The notes below the pieces were generated by a model. That model worked only from the letters and a program-made list of their open reading frames with translations, had not been told where the DNA came from and did not search any database. DNA of 64,000 bases. It comes from Gracilinanus agilis. Its lineage: Eukaryota. The translations under genes and the position numbers were made by a program. This document shows, piece by piece, positions 39,827 to 50,927 of this stretch (within the stretch, counting starts at the first letter, position 1; each line of letters starts with the position of its first letter). The stretch covers positions 257,176,432 to 257,240,431 of the forward strand of contig NC_058131.1 in the NCBI RefSeq assembly GCF_016433145.1, written 5' to 3'.

Positions 39827-40858
39827 AAAAGTAAACTGCAGCATTTTTCCAGTGTTCTACATTTAAGAATAACATAATAGATATCACTGAGTAAACAAAT
39901 GTTTAGAAAAGGAGATAGAATAGTCATGTGGTACAAGTAAGGAATGACAGTACAGCCTAATCTTTCCATTGATATTCTCAGAATATTAAAAAAAAGGCTT
40001 AGAGAAAGGTCTAAGATATATTGGGTGACTCCTCTGAGAAACATCAGTGGAAGAATGGGGAAGAAAGTTGCTCAGGGTGGTTGAAACCTGTTGTGATGGA
40101 GGAAGTGTCCACTTTGATGCTATACTGTTATTGCCACTTGAGGCAATAACAAGTGCTCATATTGCCCAAATCCAAAGTCAGGAATTAAAATTAATATCCC
40201 ATTTTATTGTATGTTACCTTGAGCTCTTCTTATGGGAAAACTGGATAGGATTCTTAGGGCCATGAAGCTATAGTTATTCAGATAATTAATTCTCTCTTTC
40301 ATTTTTTGTTGTGTAAACTGAAACAAAATTGGACTACATTTAAATTGTATATAAGCAATTCTCGATTATCTCTGTCATTGGTAAGCAACAGAGGTGTCAG
40401 GTGCTTTTAATTTATTTTTATTGGATACATTTTAATTGGAATAAGAGTATGGATGATATTTAGGAAATTTATTTTTGTTGTTTTTATTCAGTTGTATCTG
40501 ATTCTTTGTGACCCCACGGACCATGCCAGTATAATCCATGGTGTTTTCTTGGCAAAGATATAGCGGTGGTTTGCCATTTCCTTCTCTAGTGGATTAAGGC
40601 AAACAGAGGTTAAGTGAATTGCCCAGGATCATAAAGCTAGTGAACATCTGAGGCTGGATTTGAATTCAGGTCTTCCTCATTCTAAGCCCAGCACTCTATC
40701 CACTTAGCCATATACTTCCTTTTTGCTATGTAGACTGAACCTAAATTGGGCTATTTGGAAATCTTGTACAAGTAACTCTCAGTTATTGGTGAGAAACAGA
40801 GGTGTCAGACTACCTACAATCCATTTAAATTGTGTTTGTTTTTATATTTCAGTTGGAA

Positions 40859-41882
40859 TTGGAATGCAAGGGGCATATATGAAGTTGCCAAGAGAGTAAC
40901 ACAGAGGTACAGAATGTGTATGCAATTCAACCAGACAATTACAAAAGTCCACAGCCTGGGAGGCAAACCACTAGCCTATACACCAGGGATTGGCAACGTA
41001 TGGCTCTTTCTGCAGGAGCCATAAAGTCAGTTTTTTTTCAGGCAACTGTTACAGGAGCGCACTGTGAGCACTGTACGGCTCTCATGAAATTACATTTTAA
41101 AAAATGTGGCATTTATGGCTCTCACGACCAAAAAGGTTGCCGATCCCTGCTATGCACCATTTGAATGCCTACAAATTGATTATATCACTATGCCAAGGAG
41201 TCAAGGTTACAGATATGCTTTAGTGATAGTGGATAGATTAACCAAGTGCCCAGAAGCTTTCCCAGCAAAACATAACACCTCAGCATTTGTTGTGAAAGTC
41301 TTACTGAGAGAATTAATACCCAGATTCTCTATCCCACTCCACATTGCATCAGATTCTGGGTCCAACTTCACGAATAAGATTTTAGCTACAGTTTATGAAA
41401 CCTTAGGAGTCAAACAACATTTTCACTCAATATATAGACCGCAGTTGAGCAGGCAAATTGAACGCGTGAATAAATCTTTGAAGACTCTAATAGCAAAAAT
41501 CTGTGCAGAATCCCACATGAAATGGCCTGATGCATTACCATTGGCACTATTCCATCTAAGATGCCAACTCAACAACATTACGCACTTATCCCCATTCGAA
41601 ATGCTGTATGGCCATCCACCTTTCCATGGCAAGTCACCTCAAAGCATTCATAAATTATCACACCTGGGTATGGAATGCAAACTCTTTGAATATATTAAAT
41701 TACTCAGGCAACAATTAAATCAACTCCATAAATTAGGCTTGATACATCAAAGAGTACCCTTTGATTTTAGTCTACACAACTTCCAACTTGGAGATTATGT
41801 TTACATCAGAAACTTCACTAGGAAGTCTGTGTTAGAACCCAAGTGGCTTGGACCATCCCAAATAATTTTAACTACTCCTACC
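40859..41882 (+). pseudogene. Class I (gamma/epsilon-like) ERV pol fragment: integrase, from the end of the Zn-finger region through the DD35E core to the C-terminal GPxxIILTTPT motif
   Basis: Translation PFECLQIDY...LIPRFSIPLHIASDSGSNF...RPQLSRQIERVN...LSPFEMLYGHP...LEPKWLGP..TTPT. Exactly 35 residues lie between the second D and the E. Removing the MITE and one TSD rejoins GGKPLAY to APFECLQID in frame. Confidence 0.93.
40984..41149. mobile_element. hAT MITE, family B, internally deleted copy (166 bp), inserted in the ERV integrase
   Basis: TIRs CAGGGATTGGCAAC / GTTGCCGATCCCTG. TSD ctatacac / ctatgcac. Aligns with 222-425. Confidence 0.93.
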
Positions 41883-41892
41883 TGGCTTGCCA
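41874..41892 (-). promoter_or_regulatory. Retroviral primer-binding site, tRNA-Arg(ACG)-like
   Basis: Minus strand TGGCAAGCCAGGTAGGAGT, 5 nt after the LTR end ...ATAACA. 16/19 identical to the complement of the tRNA-Arg(ACG) 3' end as I recall it (TGGCGAGCCAGCCAGGAGT). Confidence 0.75.
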
Positions 41893-41897
41893 ATTAA

Positions 41898-43530
41898 TGT
41901 TATCAAGAAATAAATAAGGTAATCTGAGTCAATGAACGCAATTTGGGTGTGAGGAAGGATAAATGGGGATATTAGGTGATTATAAGGTGATTGGAGGAGG
42001 AATGAAGGTATGGGAAGGTATATAGGAGATAAGGGAAATGGGGTATGTAGGAGAGGGCAGCTCAAATAGGTTTATTCTCAGACGCTTCAGACAGAGGATA
42101 CAGGGAGGAAATTAGGGCCAGTAAGAAATGTTTAGGTTTGGGTAGAGGGGTTCTTTTGTTAGTTTCTAAAGTCTCTTGAGGAAGGAGTTGAGAGGGCCCC
42201 GCCCTGCCAGTCAAACTGATGTCTGAAGGAAGTCTCGGGGTGGTACTTCCTGCCAAGATGGATGTCCCCAGCTCCCCTCAAGGAAATAGAAGAAAATGAT
42301 TCCTTCCCCTTGAGCCCTTGTCTTAATTTTCGACACAATGATTCACCAGAGGGTTTAAATAGGTATCAAGGGGATTTGTTAATACCAGGGTCAGTCAGAA
42401 GGGGAGGGGTTCAGGGTTTTCTAACTGCTACTAGGGAGAGGGGTGAGGGTGGGGGATGGGTCATGGAGAGGTTTAGACAGAGAGAGTCCAGCTCTCCCAG
42501 TCAGGAAGATTTGACTGCCTTTTAAGTAAAGTCTTTATCAAATCATTAAAACTAGGGGTAACTAAAGAATGCCTACCCTTTGATCCAGACATACCATTGT
42601 TGGGTTTGTACTCCAAAGAGATCATAGATAAACAGACTTGTACGAAAATATTTATAGCTGAGCTTTTTGTGGTGGCAAAAAACTGGAAAAGGAGGGTATG
42701 TCCTTCAATTGGGGAATGGGTGAACAAATTGTAGTATATGCTGGTGATGGAATACTATTGTGCTCAAAGGAATAATAAACTGGAGGAATTCCACGTGAAC
42801 TGGAAAGACCTCCAGGAATTGATGCAGAGCGAAAGGATCAGAGCCAGAAGAACATTGTACATAGAGACTGATACACTGTGGCACAATCGAATGTAATAGA
42901 CTTCTGTACTAGCAGCAATGCAATGACACAGGACAGTTCTGAGGAACTTTTGGTAAAGAACGCTACCCACTTTCAGAGGAAGGACTGCAGGAGAGGAAAC
43001 ATATAAGAAAAACAACTGCTTGAAGGCATGGGTTGAGATGGACATGGTTGGGGATGTAGACTCGAAACTACCACACCAATGCAACTATCAACAATTTGGA
43101 AATAGGTCTTGATCAATGACACATGTTGAAACCAGTGGAAATGTGCATCGGCCATGAGTGGAGGGATTGCGGGGGTGAAGGGGAAAGTAGGAGCATGAAT
43201 CATGTAACCATGTTAAAAATGAATATTAATAAATGGTTAAAAAAAACTAGGGGTAACTTATTGGAGGATACGCTACTAGCCTATAGAAACTAAACCCACA
43301 ATGTCTAATCACCAAGCCCTCCCTTCCACCAGGATCCAAAGGAAATTCAGGGAAGGGGAGGGATGGAGATGGGAGATCAGGGAGAGGTCCAGAGAAATGA
43401 GACCGGTCCAAATTTCCCCAAGACAAAATAAGCACAGGCCAAGGCCGAAGCAATTAGGCCAAAGCCAATAGGTTAAGCCAAAGCAAAAGCCTCCAGCCAC
43501 AGCAAAAGCCAGAAGGCAAAAGCCTCATCA
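41898..43530 (-). mobile_element. ERV LTR (about 940 bp after removing the inserted L1), 5'-LTR type because it is followed by a PBS
   Basis: Minus strand starts TGATGAGG (or TGAGG) and ends TTGATAACA. TATA-like CCTATTTAAA near 42355 and AATAAA near 42072 are in the right order on the minus strand. Confidence 0.85.
42564..43242 (+). mobile_element. 5'-truncated young L1 (ORF2 end + 3'UTR + poly-A) inserted in the LTR
   Basis: Perfect 16-bp TSD aaaactaggggtaact at a TT/AAAA endonuclease site. Encodes PFDPDIPLLGLYSKEI...CPSIGEW. Confidence 0.95.
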
Positions 43531-45354
43531 GTTGGAACTTCACCTCTATTTTTAGCTTCAAGTCCTAACTGACTTTCTGAAGATTCCAAGATGTTTAACT
43601 GACTTTTTGTGACCGTTAGAAATTACAGAAGCAAAAAGTTTCTGTTAGCCACCTTGCATTACAGAATAAAGTTGTGATTGATGGCTAGGAAATTCATTTT
43701 ATTTCAGACTAATCTGTGGAGCATTAATTTGTCCTGGGGAACTGAATAATTGTCTCATCCTTCCCTGTAATTCAACATCTAATTGGAATTAAAAAAAAAA
43801 CATTTCTACCACATTTCATATGGTGGGTATTCGAGAAAAATTTTTAACAATATATATTAATAATAGACCACATTTGTACAGTGCCTCTTTACAGTTTAAA
43901 AATAATTTCTTCACACTTTTGGGGGTAATATAACTCTTATTCCTCATGTTTTACAGAAAAAACCAAAAGGCTCATTAACTGGTCCAGGGAGACAAGAGAT
44001 TTGCCCAAAGTCTCAAAGATAGTAGTAATTAGGCATCTAAGTGATTCAGTGGACCACCCCTGGAGATAGGAAGACCTGAGCTAGAATATGGCTCTGAGTT
44101 GCTTACTGGCTGTGTGACTCTGGGCAAGTCACTTACTCTCTTCCTGCCACTGTTTCCTCATCTATAAAATGGGTATAACAACACCTGCCTCCCAAGATCA
44201 AATGATAGAACATGTGTAAAATCCTTTGCAAGTATTTAAGTGATATATAAATGCCAGCTGTTGTTGTCAATGTTAAATATTGTTGTTATTATCAGAGATG
44301 AAATTTGAACTCAGATTGTCTGACTCCAGAGTCAAGGTTATTTCCATTGTACCACTCTGCTTCTTGCCACATTGGGCAGCCTTTTAAACACTAACTTTTT
44401 CCTGAGCCTGTTCTTTTCCAATATAAGCATCCCTAACTCTTTTAGCTGATGGTGTCTGAGAAAAACAAGAGGACTTTAAAATTCCTAGTTGAAATTTTCT
44501 TTTCTGGAGCTGTTCAAAGTTTTCTAATTAGTTTAATGCTTATGTGGCAGCAAGTACCTCTTCCTTTTTGCTAAGCCTACCACCCCAGAGAGGGCATATA
44601 AACACTTTTCAGCATCCCTGGACCCTGTGATCTCTAATGGATTTTTGTTTGTCATTTCTGACATGGAGACTCTCAAGATGTCTCTTCGTCAAAGGCAGGT
44701 AATAGCTCCCTAATGCCCTTCTAGTAAAGGCTATTTCATGCTATTGGAATTTGCCACACTGTTTACACAACTTCTGTTTCTTCCATAGAACATTTGTTAT
44801 GTAGTATTTACCAATTAATGTTATTACCCACAAGAATTGCCTGTGTTCCTAGTTAAATATTGTTCATTGCTGTGTCTGTGCAAATATGTACATGTAGACA
44901 TACAGATTAGGCCATGTTATTGAGGAAAAGGTTGGCTCTGGCTTTAGAAGAAGTGATCCATAAACTCACGTTACGTGTAAAAGTAATTTAGAATCCAGAG
45001 GAACTTAACAACACATGATTCTTGGTCTGTCTTGAGACACGAGTGGCCTTGTGCTAAGCGATTCTTATTCTCACTTGGCAAATTAGTTCATAAATTGTTG
45101 ACTGTTCAAGAACAGAGTCAAAATAAAATAGAAAAAAGGAAGGAAAGAAAATTTTTAAATGGCCCTGATTGCAAGTGATATGCTGCCAGTTTGCACTGTT
45201 TTGAGAACACTCAAGGATGAAAAAAAGGGAAAAGTGAGGAGAAAACGGGTCATGAATAGCAAAATCCTAATGAGATATTTTTGGATAGTTCTGCATGGCT
45301 TTGTGATTCCAGAGCTGAACTTTACTCACAAGAAGCAAAATGTGAAGAACACAA

Positions 45355-45960
45355 ATATTTAGGTGTAATATTTATGTGAGCTCTTTTTGTGATAGCGGAA
45401 TACTGGAAATTGAAGGAACGTTCATTAATTGGGGAATAGCTGGACAAATTTTGATATATGATTGTGATGGAATGCTATTGTGCTATAAGAAATGATGAAC
45501 AGTGTAGTTTAAGGAAAACCTGGGTAGACTTGCATGAACTGATTTAAAGTGAAGTGAGAAGAATCCTAACAACATTGTAAACAGTGATGACAATATTGTA
45601 ATGAACAACTTTAATGACCTTGCTCTTCTCATCTATTTTGTAATCCAAGACTTTCCAAAGACACAAGATGCAAAATAACATCCACCTCCTGAGAAAGAAC
45701 TAAGGAACTGTAATACAGACCCAGTTGTACTTTATTTCACTTTCTTTCTTCATTTTTAAGATCTCTTCCAAAAAATTACTAATATGGAAAAATATTTTGT
45801 GTGATTGCACCTGTAAAATCTATATCATATTGCTTGATGACTCAGGTAGAAGAAGGGGAGAGGTTGATGGAGAGATTTTGGAACTCAAAAAATTTTAAAA
45901 GATGCTTTAAAATGCTTAAAATTGTTTTTTACTTGTAAATTTGAGGGGGGAACATTAAAA
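45355..45960 (+). mobile_element. Old L1 3' end (approximate)
   Basis: cattaattggggaatagctggacaaatt...tgtgatggaatgctattgtgctataagaaatgatgaac L1 motif, followed by 3'UTR-like sequence. Confidence 0.7.
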
Positions 45961-47149
45961 AATAACATTTTAAGTATGCTAGGCACTGTGCTAAGTGAAA
46001 GAAATCTAAATACCAGAAAAATAGTACCTGTCCTCTAGGAACTTATATTCTACTAAGGGATGACAAAACATATAAGAGAGGGGTTACTAGGGAAGGAAAG
46101 GAATGGTAAGAGGAGCCATAGGATTGATCATATCTATTCAGAAAAGGTAGGGGAGGCTACATAGCACAGTTGATAGAGTAGCATCCCTGGAATCTGGAAA
46201 ACTTCAAAGGTGATCTCAGACACTTACTAGCTGTGTGACACTAAGCACATCACTTAATCCTGCTTGCTTCAGTCTCCTCATCTGTAAAATGAGCTGGAGA
46301 AGGAAGTAGCAAATCACTTCAGTATCTTTGCCAAGAAAACCCCAAAATGGGATCATGAAAAATTGGATATGAGGACAAACAACTGAACAAATCCATAAAA
46401 TGTACTATTGATTTGATTATTGTTCTCTAAGCTAAAAATGGAAGTTGTGGTAGGAGGGATTGGGAAGGATAGGTGAGAAACAGATATGTCAGTGTCATGG
46501 CATTTGAAGGTGGCTGGGAAGTCTTGATTTGACTAATAATGGAGAATTCTTACCATTTGGAGGGTAACACTCTAGGGAAAGAGTTGAAGGAAAACATTGA
46601 AAGAGACATGGCATAAAAATGGCCAGAGAGAATCTGTATGGTGAGTATGTGTTGGGCTATTGATGGAAAACTCTGAATAACTGGAATGCAACATCCCAGT
46701 GTGGGAACTGGAGGGTCCTGGTTGTTGATAAGATGCATGGCATGAAAATAGCTAGAAAGCAGTAGGATGCTAGGTCTGAATCAGGCTGGCAACTAATCAA
46801 TCAAGTATTTTTTGAGTACGTACTATGTGTGAGGTCCTGTGTTATAGACAAAAAGACAAAAAATAATCAATATTTGTTCTTAAAGAGCTTACCTTTTGGT
46901 AGTGGGATGTGTCACATATTTGGGAGTGGTGGCTAGAAAATGGAACTTTCTTCTAGGTAGTCAAGGTGATTGTGAATGAAGCCATTGGGCAATAGATTTT
47001 CGTGGCCTTTCCAGGAGGAGACAAGCTCTCAGTAGCAAGTGTGTAGCCACAGGACACATGGGAAAGTGCCCACACTGGTTGATCCACAATTTAACCAATG
47101 AGGAGAGTATCTTATTCTCTCAAGTACTCTCTTCACAGAATTAAAGAAT

Positions 47150-47880
47150 TTCAAAGTTAGACAGTTCCCTCATTGGTTATCTAGGTTATCTATCTCTACC
47201 TGAAAAAGAATTCTCTTTGTTAAAAACCTGCCAACTGGTTATCTAGTCTTTGTTTGAAGACCTTCAATGAGAGGGATCTTCTACTTTCTGAGGCAACCCA
47301 TTCTTTGTTTGCATAGCTCTAATCATTGGGAAGTCATTTTATTTTTTTTAAGCATCAACTTAAATATTCCCCTTAGCAACTTGTACCCATTGCTTCTAAT
47401 TCATCCTGCCTTTTGGGATCAAATAGGACTCAGATTTAAAATATTTCTTCCACATGCCAGTCTTTTACATGCTAACTTCTCTTCCTGAGTCAGCTCTTTT
47501 CCAATATAACTATTCCTAACTTTTAGCTGATCTTCATATGGCATAAACTTCAGACTCTTCGTCATTCTAATTGTCCTTCTTTGAATGCTTACCAGTTTAT
47601 TAATGCACTTTCTGAAAAGAGATGCCCAGAATTGAACAAAATATTTCAGATGTCTGACCAGGGCAGGGTAAGAGAGTAAACAGAAAGTTTTCACCTCCTT
47701 ATTCCAGATGCCCATGCCTCTTAAAATTACTAAAGATTCCATTTTATTTTGGGGGACACCACATTGGCCCATATTAAGTTTGTGGTCTACAAAAACTCCC
47801 AGAGCTTCACTACACTTTAGCCATACTGCTCCAATTTTGTACTTGTACAATTGATTTCTTGAACCCAAATGTAAGATTAA
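47150..47880 (-). mobile_element. CR1/L3-type LINE 3' fragment
   Basis: Minus ORF 47419-47868 has CR1 ORF2 C-terminal motifs (LGVFVDHKLNM, YPALVRHLKYFVQFW, KLVSIQRRTIRM..YEDQLK). Confidence 0.85.
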
Positions 47881-50589
47881 AAAAAAGGTTAAAAGGACAA
47901 AAGTATCATTTGTATTTACTCATTGCAAAAAGATCAACTGTTTTATATATATATATATATATATACACACACCCAACTCTCCTGAGATGGGTAATTCCAT
48001 CACATAGAATTTGTAAAATGACTACTATTCCATGGAATTGAAGGACGTGGCTAGACTCTATTTGGGATTAGCAAAGAGATTAACCAGAACATTAAGACCA
48101 TATCTCTACTGAGTAAGCCAGTAAGTCTGGCTAAGTAAGCACCTGAAAGTTCTGAGATCTTCATGCTTAACACTAGAATTACATCACTTGATGCAATTTC
48201 AAAATAATTTTCCATTATTGTTTATTACAATTTCTTCTATTTATACAAATGTACTTTAAATACAAATAATTACAAGCAGATATTATAATTTTATTTTGAA
48301 ATAAAAATTATCATTCGACTATTTTTTCTTATGGATTAAAAAATATGTTGTGTCAATGAATAGCATGGCCCTTGGCGAGTTCTTAAATTCCTATATATAA
48401 ATACATATCAAATATGTATTTAATTCTGAATGATATGATTTCTCCACTTCCACACTGGAAGTGATTTTGAATGAGTAATAGATATTAATTTTGTGAGAGT
48501 GATTAACCAGATGAGAAGATTTGATGAGATTGGCATTGTTGGATTGAATCATGTTCTTCAAGGATCAATGTAACTATGAACTATAAAAAAAGAAATTTAT
48601 AAAAGTAATGTGATTCTAATTGAGAGATTGTCAAACATTGCATTTTAATGTATTTTTGCTCCCAGGAGTTTTAAGTGGAAAATTAATAATAAAAAATATG
48701 ACATGTTTTATTCCTCTCATTCTAATACTTTTGTTGTAACTGTTATTAATAGTAATTCAGAATAAACAACTTAATAATAAATCAAAAGCTTCTGCTATAG
48801 AAGGGTGAGGAGCAACCAAGTTGGGAAAGAGAGGGAAAGCCCTGAAAAATAAAGATGTCAAACATTTCTGTTTATCTACATAGTCACAAGAAATACAATA
48901 CAGTGAAATTACAGATTGGATCAAACAAAATGCATCTGAAATAAATCTGGTTCATTTTCAATATAATGAAAATTAAATTATGTTAAGAGATGTGACCAGA
49001 GCTTTGGCTTCTCTTCAGAAATAAAAAAAACAACTGGATAACATCCATAATTATTGCCTGAAATGATTTATATAGTCATATGAATAACTAGCAAACCACT
49101 TGACCAGCTTTCTCCTAGACATCTGACCCCATCTTTCTTAACAGAAGGCTATCACATCATGGTTGTTGTTCAGTCATTTGTTGTGTCTGACTCAGTGACC
49201 CCATTTAGAGTTTTCTTGGCAAAGATACTGAAGTGGTTTGCCATTTCTTTCTACAGATCATTTTATAGATGAGAAAACTGAGACAAAAAAAGGTTAAGTA
49301 AATTGCCCTGAATCACACGGCTAGTAAGTATTTGAAGCCAGATTTGAACTCAGAAAAATAGCTCTTCCTGACTCCAGGCCCAGTCATTTAGCTGAAAGCA
49401 CTACATATGTACCATCAAAATATTACCTGTGACCCTTCCAAACATAGGCAAATTTTGAGTTTATGTTCTTTGTTCAATGTATTCACAGTTCGTATCACAA
49501 AAATAAATCTATTAACACTTGCAAGGCAGGAGTGTATTAGCTCAAGAATAAAAAAAGGTATGACAAAAAGTCCCAGGAGGTATAAAGAACAATGTCTTAT
49601 TGAGTTGGTAATTATCAAACAAGCCTCCTGAAAGGACTCTGACATTTACACTGCATTTATTGATCAATACAATGCCTTTCATCCAGATCTGCCTGCTTGG
49701 TGTGTTTATATGCTGAAAATACGTATGGGGAAAACACTGAAGTATTCAATATCCACATGGAAAAACCAACAATAACGTCAATAAAATTGATATGAAAATT
49801 TGAACTTTTAAAAGTGAGATAATGATGACCCCCACCCTAAAGAAGCAACATGGCTTGTTGGACAGGGAAAGCGGGGAAGATGGTTCTCTGTGGCTCTGAG
49901 CCAGTCATTTAACCTCTAAGTGTTCTAGGTAAAAGTTGCCAAGAAGATGGTGACCTGCAATGGCAGTCAGAGCTTTTGTACCCAGGAGTTCTATATAACA
50001 ATGCTATCCTTGGTCCAATTTTTACCCTATCTAGGGTTCGATCTAACCCAAAATTCATTATTATTTTTCCTAAGTGGGCTTAAAGGTAGATCTCAAATTG
50101 AAGAGAGAACCAAATCTAGAAATCTAGATGATCTATAACATTGGTCTGTTTGGCTCCAACAAAAATAACATTGAATAGCTTCTTCCTTTCATGGAATCAT
50201 CATCCAGTTATATCAAATTGTGATTTGCACTGGGTACATTTAAAATCCTTCAGGTACCGAGACTCCAGGCTTTGCGTTTGAATCAGGAGGTCTAACTGAA
50301 CCAATGGACAGAAATGACATTTATAGATGCCTTTATTATTCACTTGTTTTCAGTCTTGTCCAACTCTTTGTGACCCCATTTGGGATTTTCTTGGCAGAAA
50401 TACTGGATTGGCTTGCCATTTCCTTCTTGAGCTCATTTTTATAGATGAGGAAACTGAGGCAAATGGGGCTAAGTGATTTACTCTGGGACACACAGTTAAA
50501 TTAATAAGCGTCTGAGGCCAGATTTAAACTGAATAAGATGAGTCTTCCTGATTTCAGGTCCAGCATTCTATCCACGAAACCACCTAGTT

Positions 50590-50927
50590 TGGTGATGGCA
50601 AACCTATGACACACGTCAGCACTGACACATGTAGCCATTTTCTATGACATGCTGCCGCATACAGAGAAGTATGGGGCTGTGTGCAAATGAGGAAACATTT
50701 GCTGTAGTATAGTGTAGACACTCTCTGCACTATAGATGACAATTCTACCTATATTAATTTACCTATTTTGGTTTATTAAATACAGTTATATATTATAAAA
50801 TTATACATTTTTGTTATTTAAAAATCATGAAATTGTGATTTTTTTTCTCTAAGTGGCACACTATCTGAGTTATATTCTTTTTTTGGCAAATTTTGACACA
50901 CCAAGCTCAAAAAGTTGTCCATCACTG
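50590..50927 (+). mobile_element. hAT MITE, family C (hAT1/nhAT1-like), inserted at a CORE-SINE end
   Basis: Termini (T)GGTGATGGCAAACCTATGACAC...AAAAGTTGTCCATCACTG. TSD acctagtt / gcctagtt. Confidence 0.85.

Noticed and set aside
40360-40810. Two similar short motifs (attggtaagcaacagaggtgtcag / attggtgagaaacagaggtgtcag) near the ERV
   Set aside because: They lie outside the duplication-bounded insertion and most likely are fragments of an ancient interspersed repeat; too short to classify.
40826-40852. Acceptor-like T-rich tract before the integrase, first considered an env splice acceptor or a poly-A remnant
   Set aside because: It lies outside (left of) the 10-bp duplication, so it is host flank; the target also lacks an L1 endonuclease consensus, arguing against TPRT.
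44613-44698. Plus-strand 86-nt candidate exon with an open frame SLDPVISNGFLFVISDMETLKMSLRQRQ
   Set aside because: Short pyrimidine tract, no recognisable protein match and no phase-compatible partner exon; such patterns arise by chance in 64 kb.
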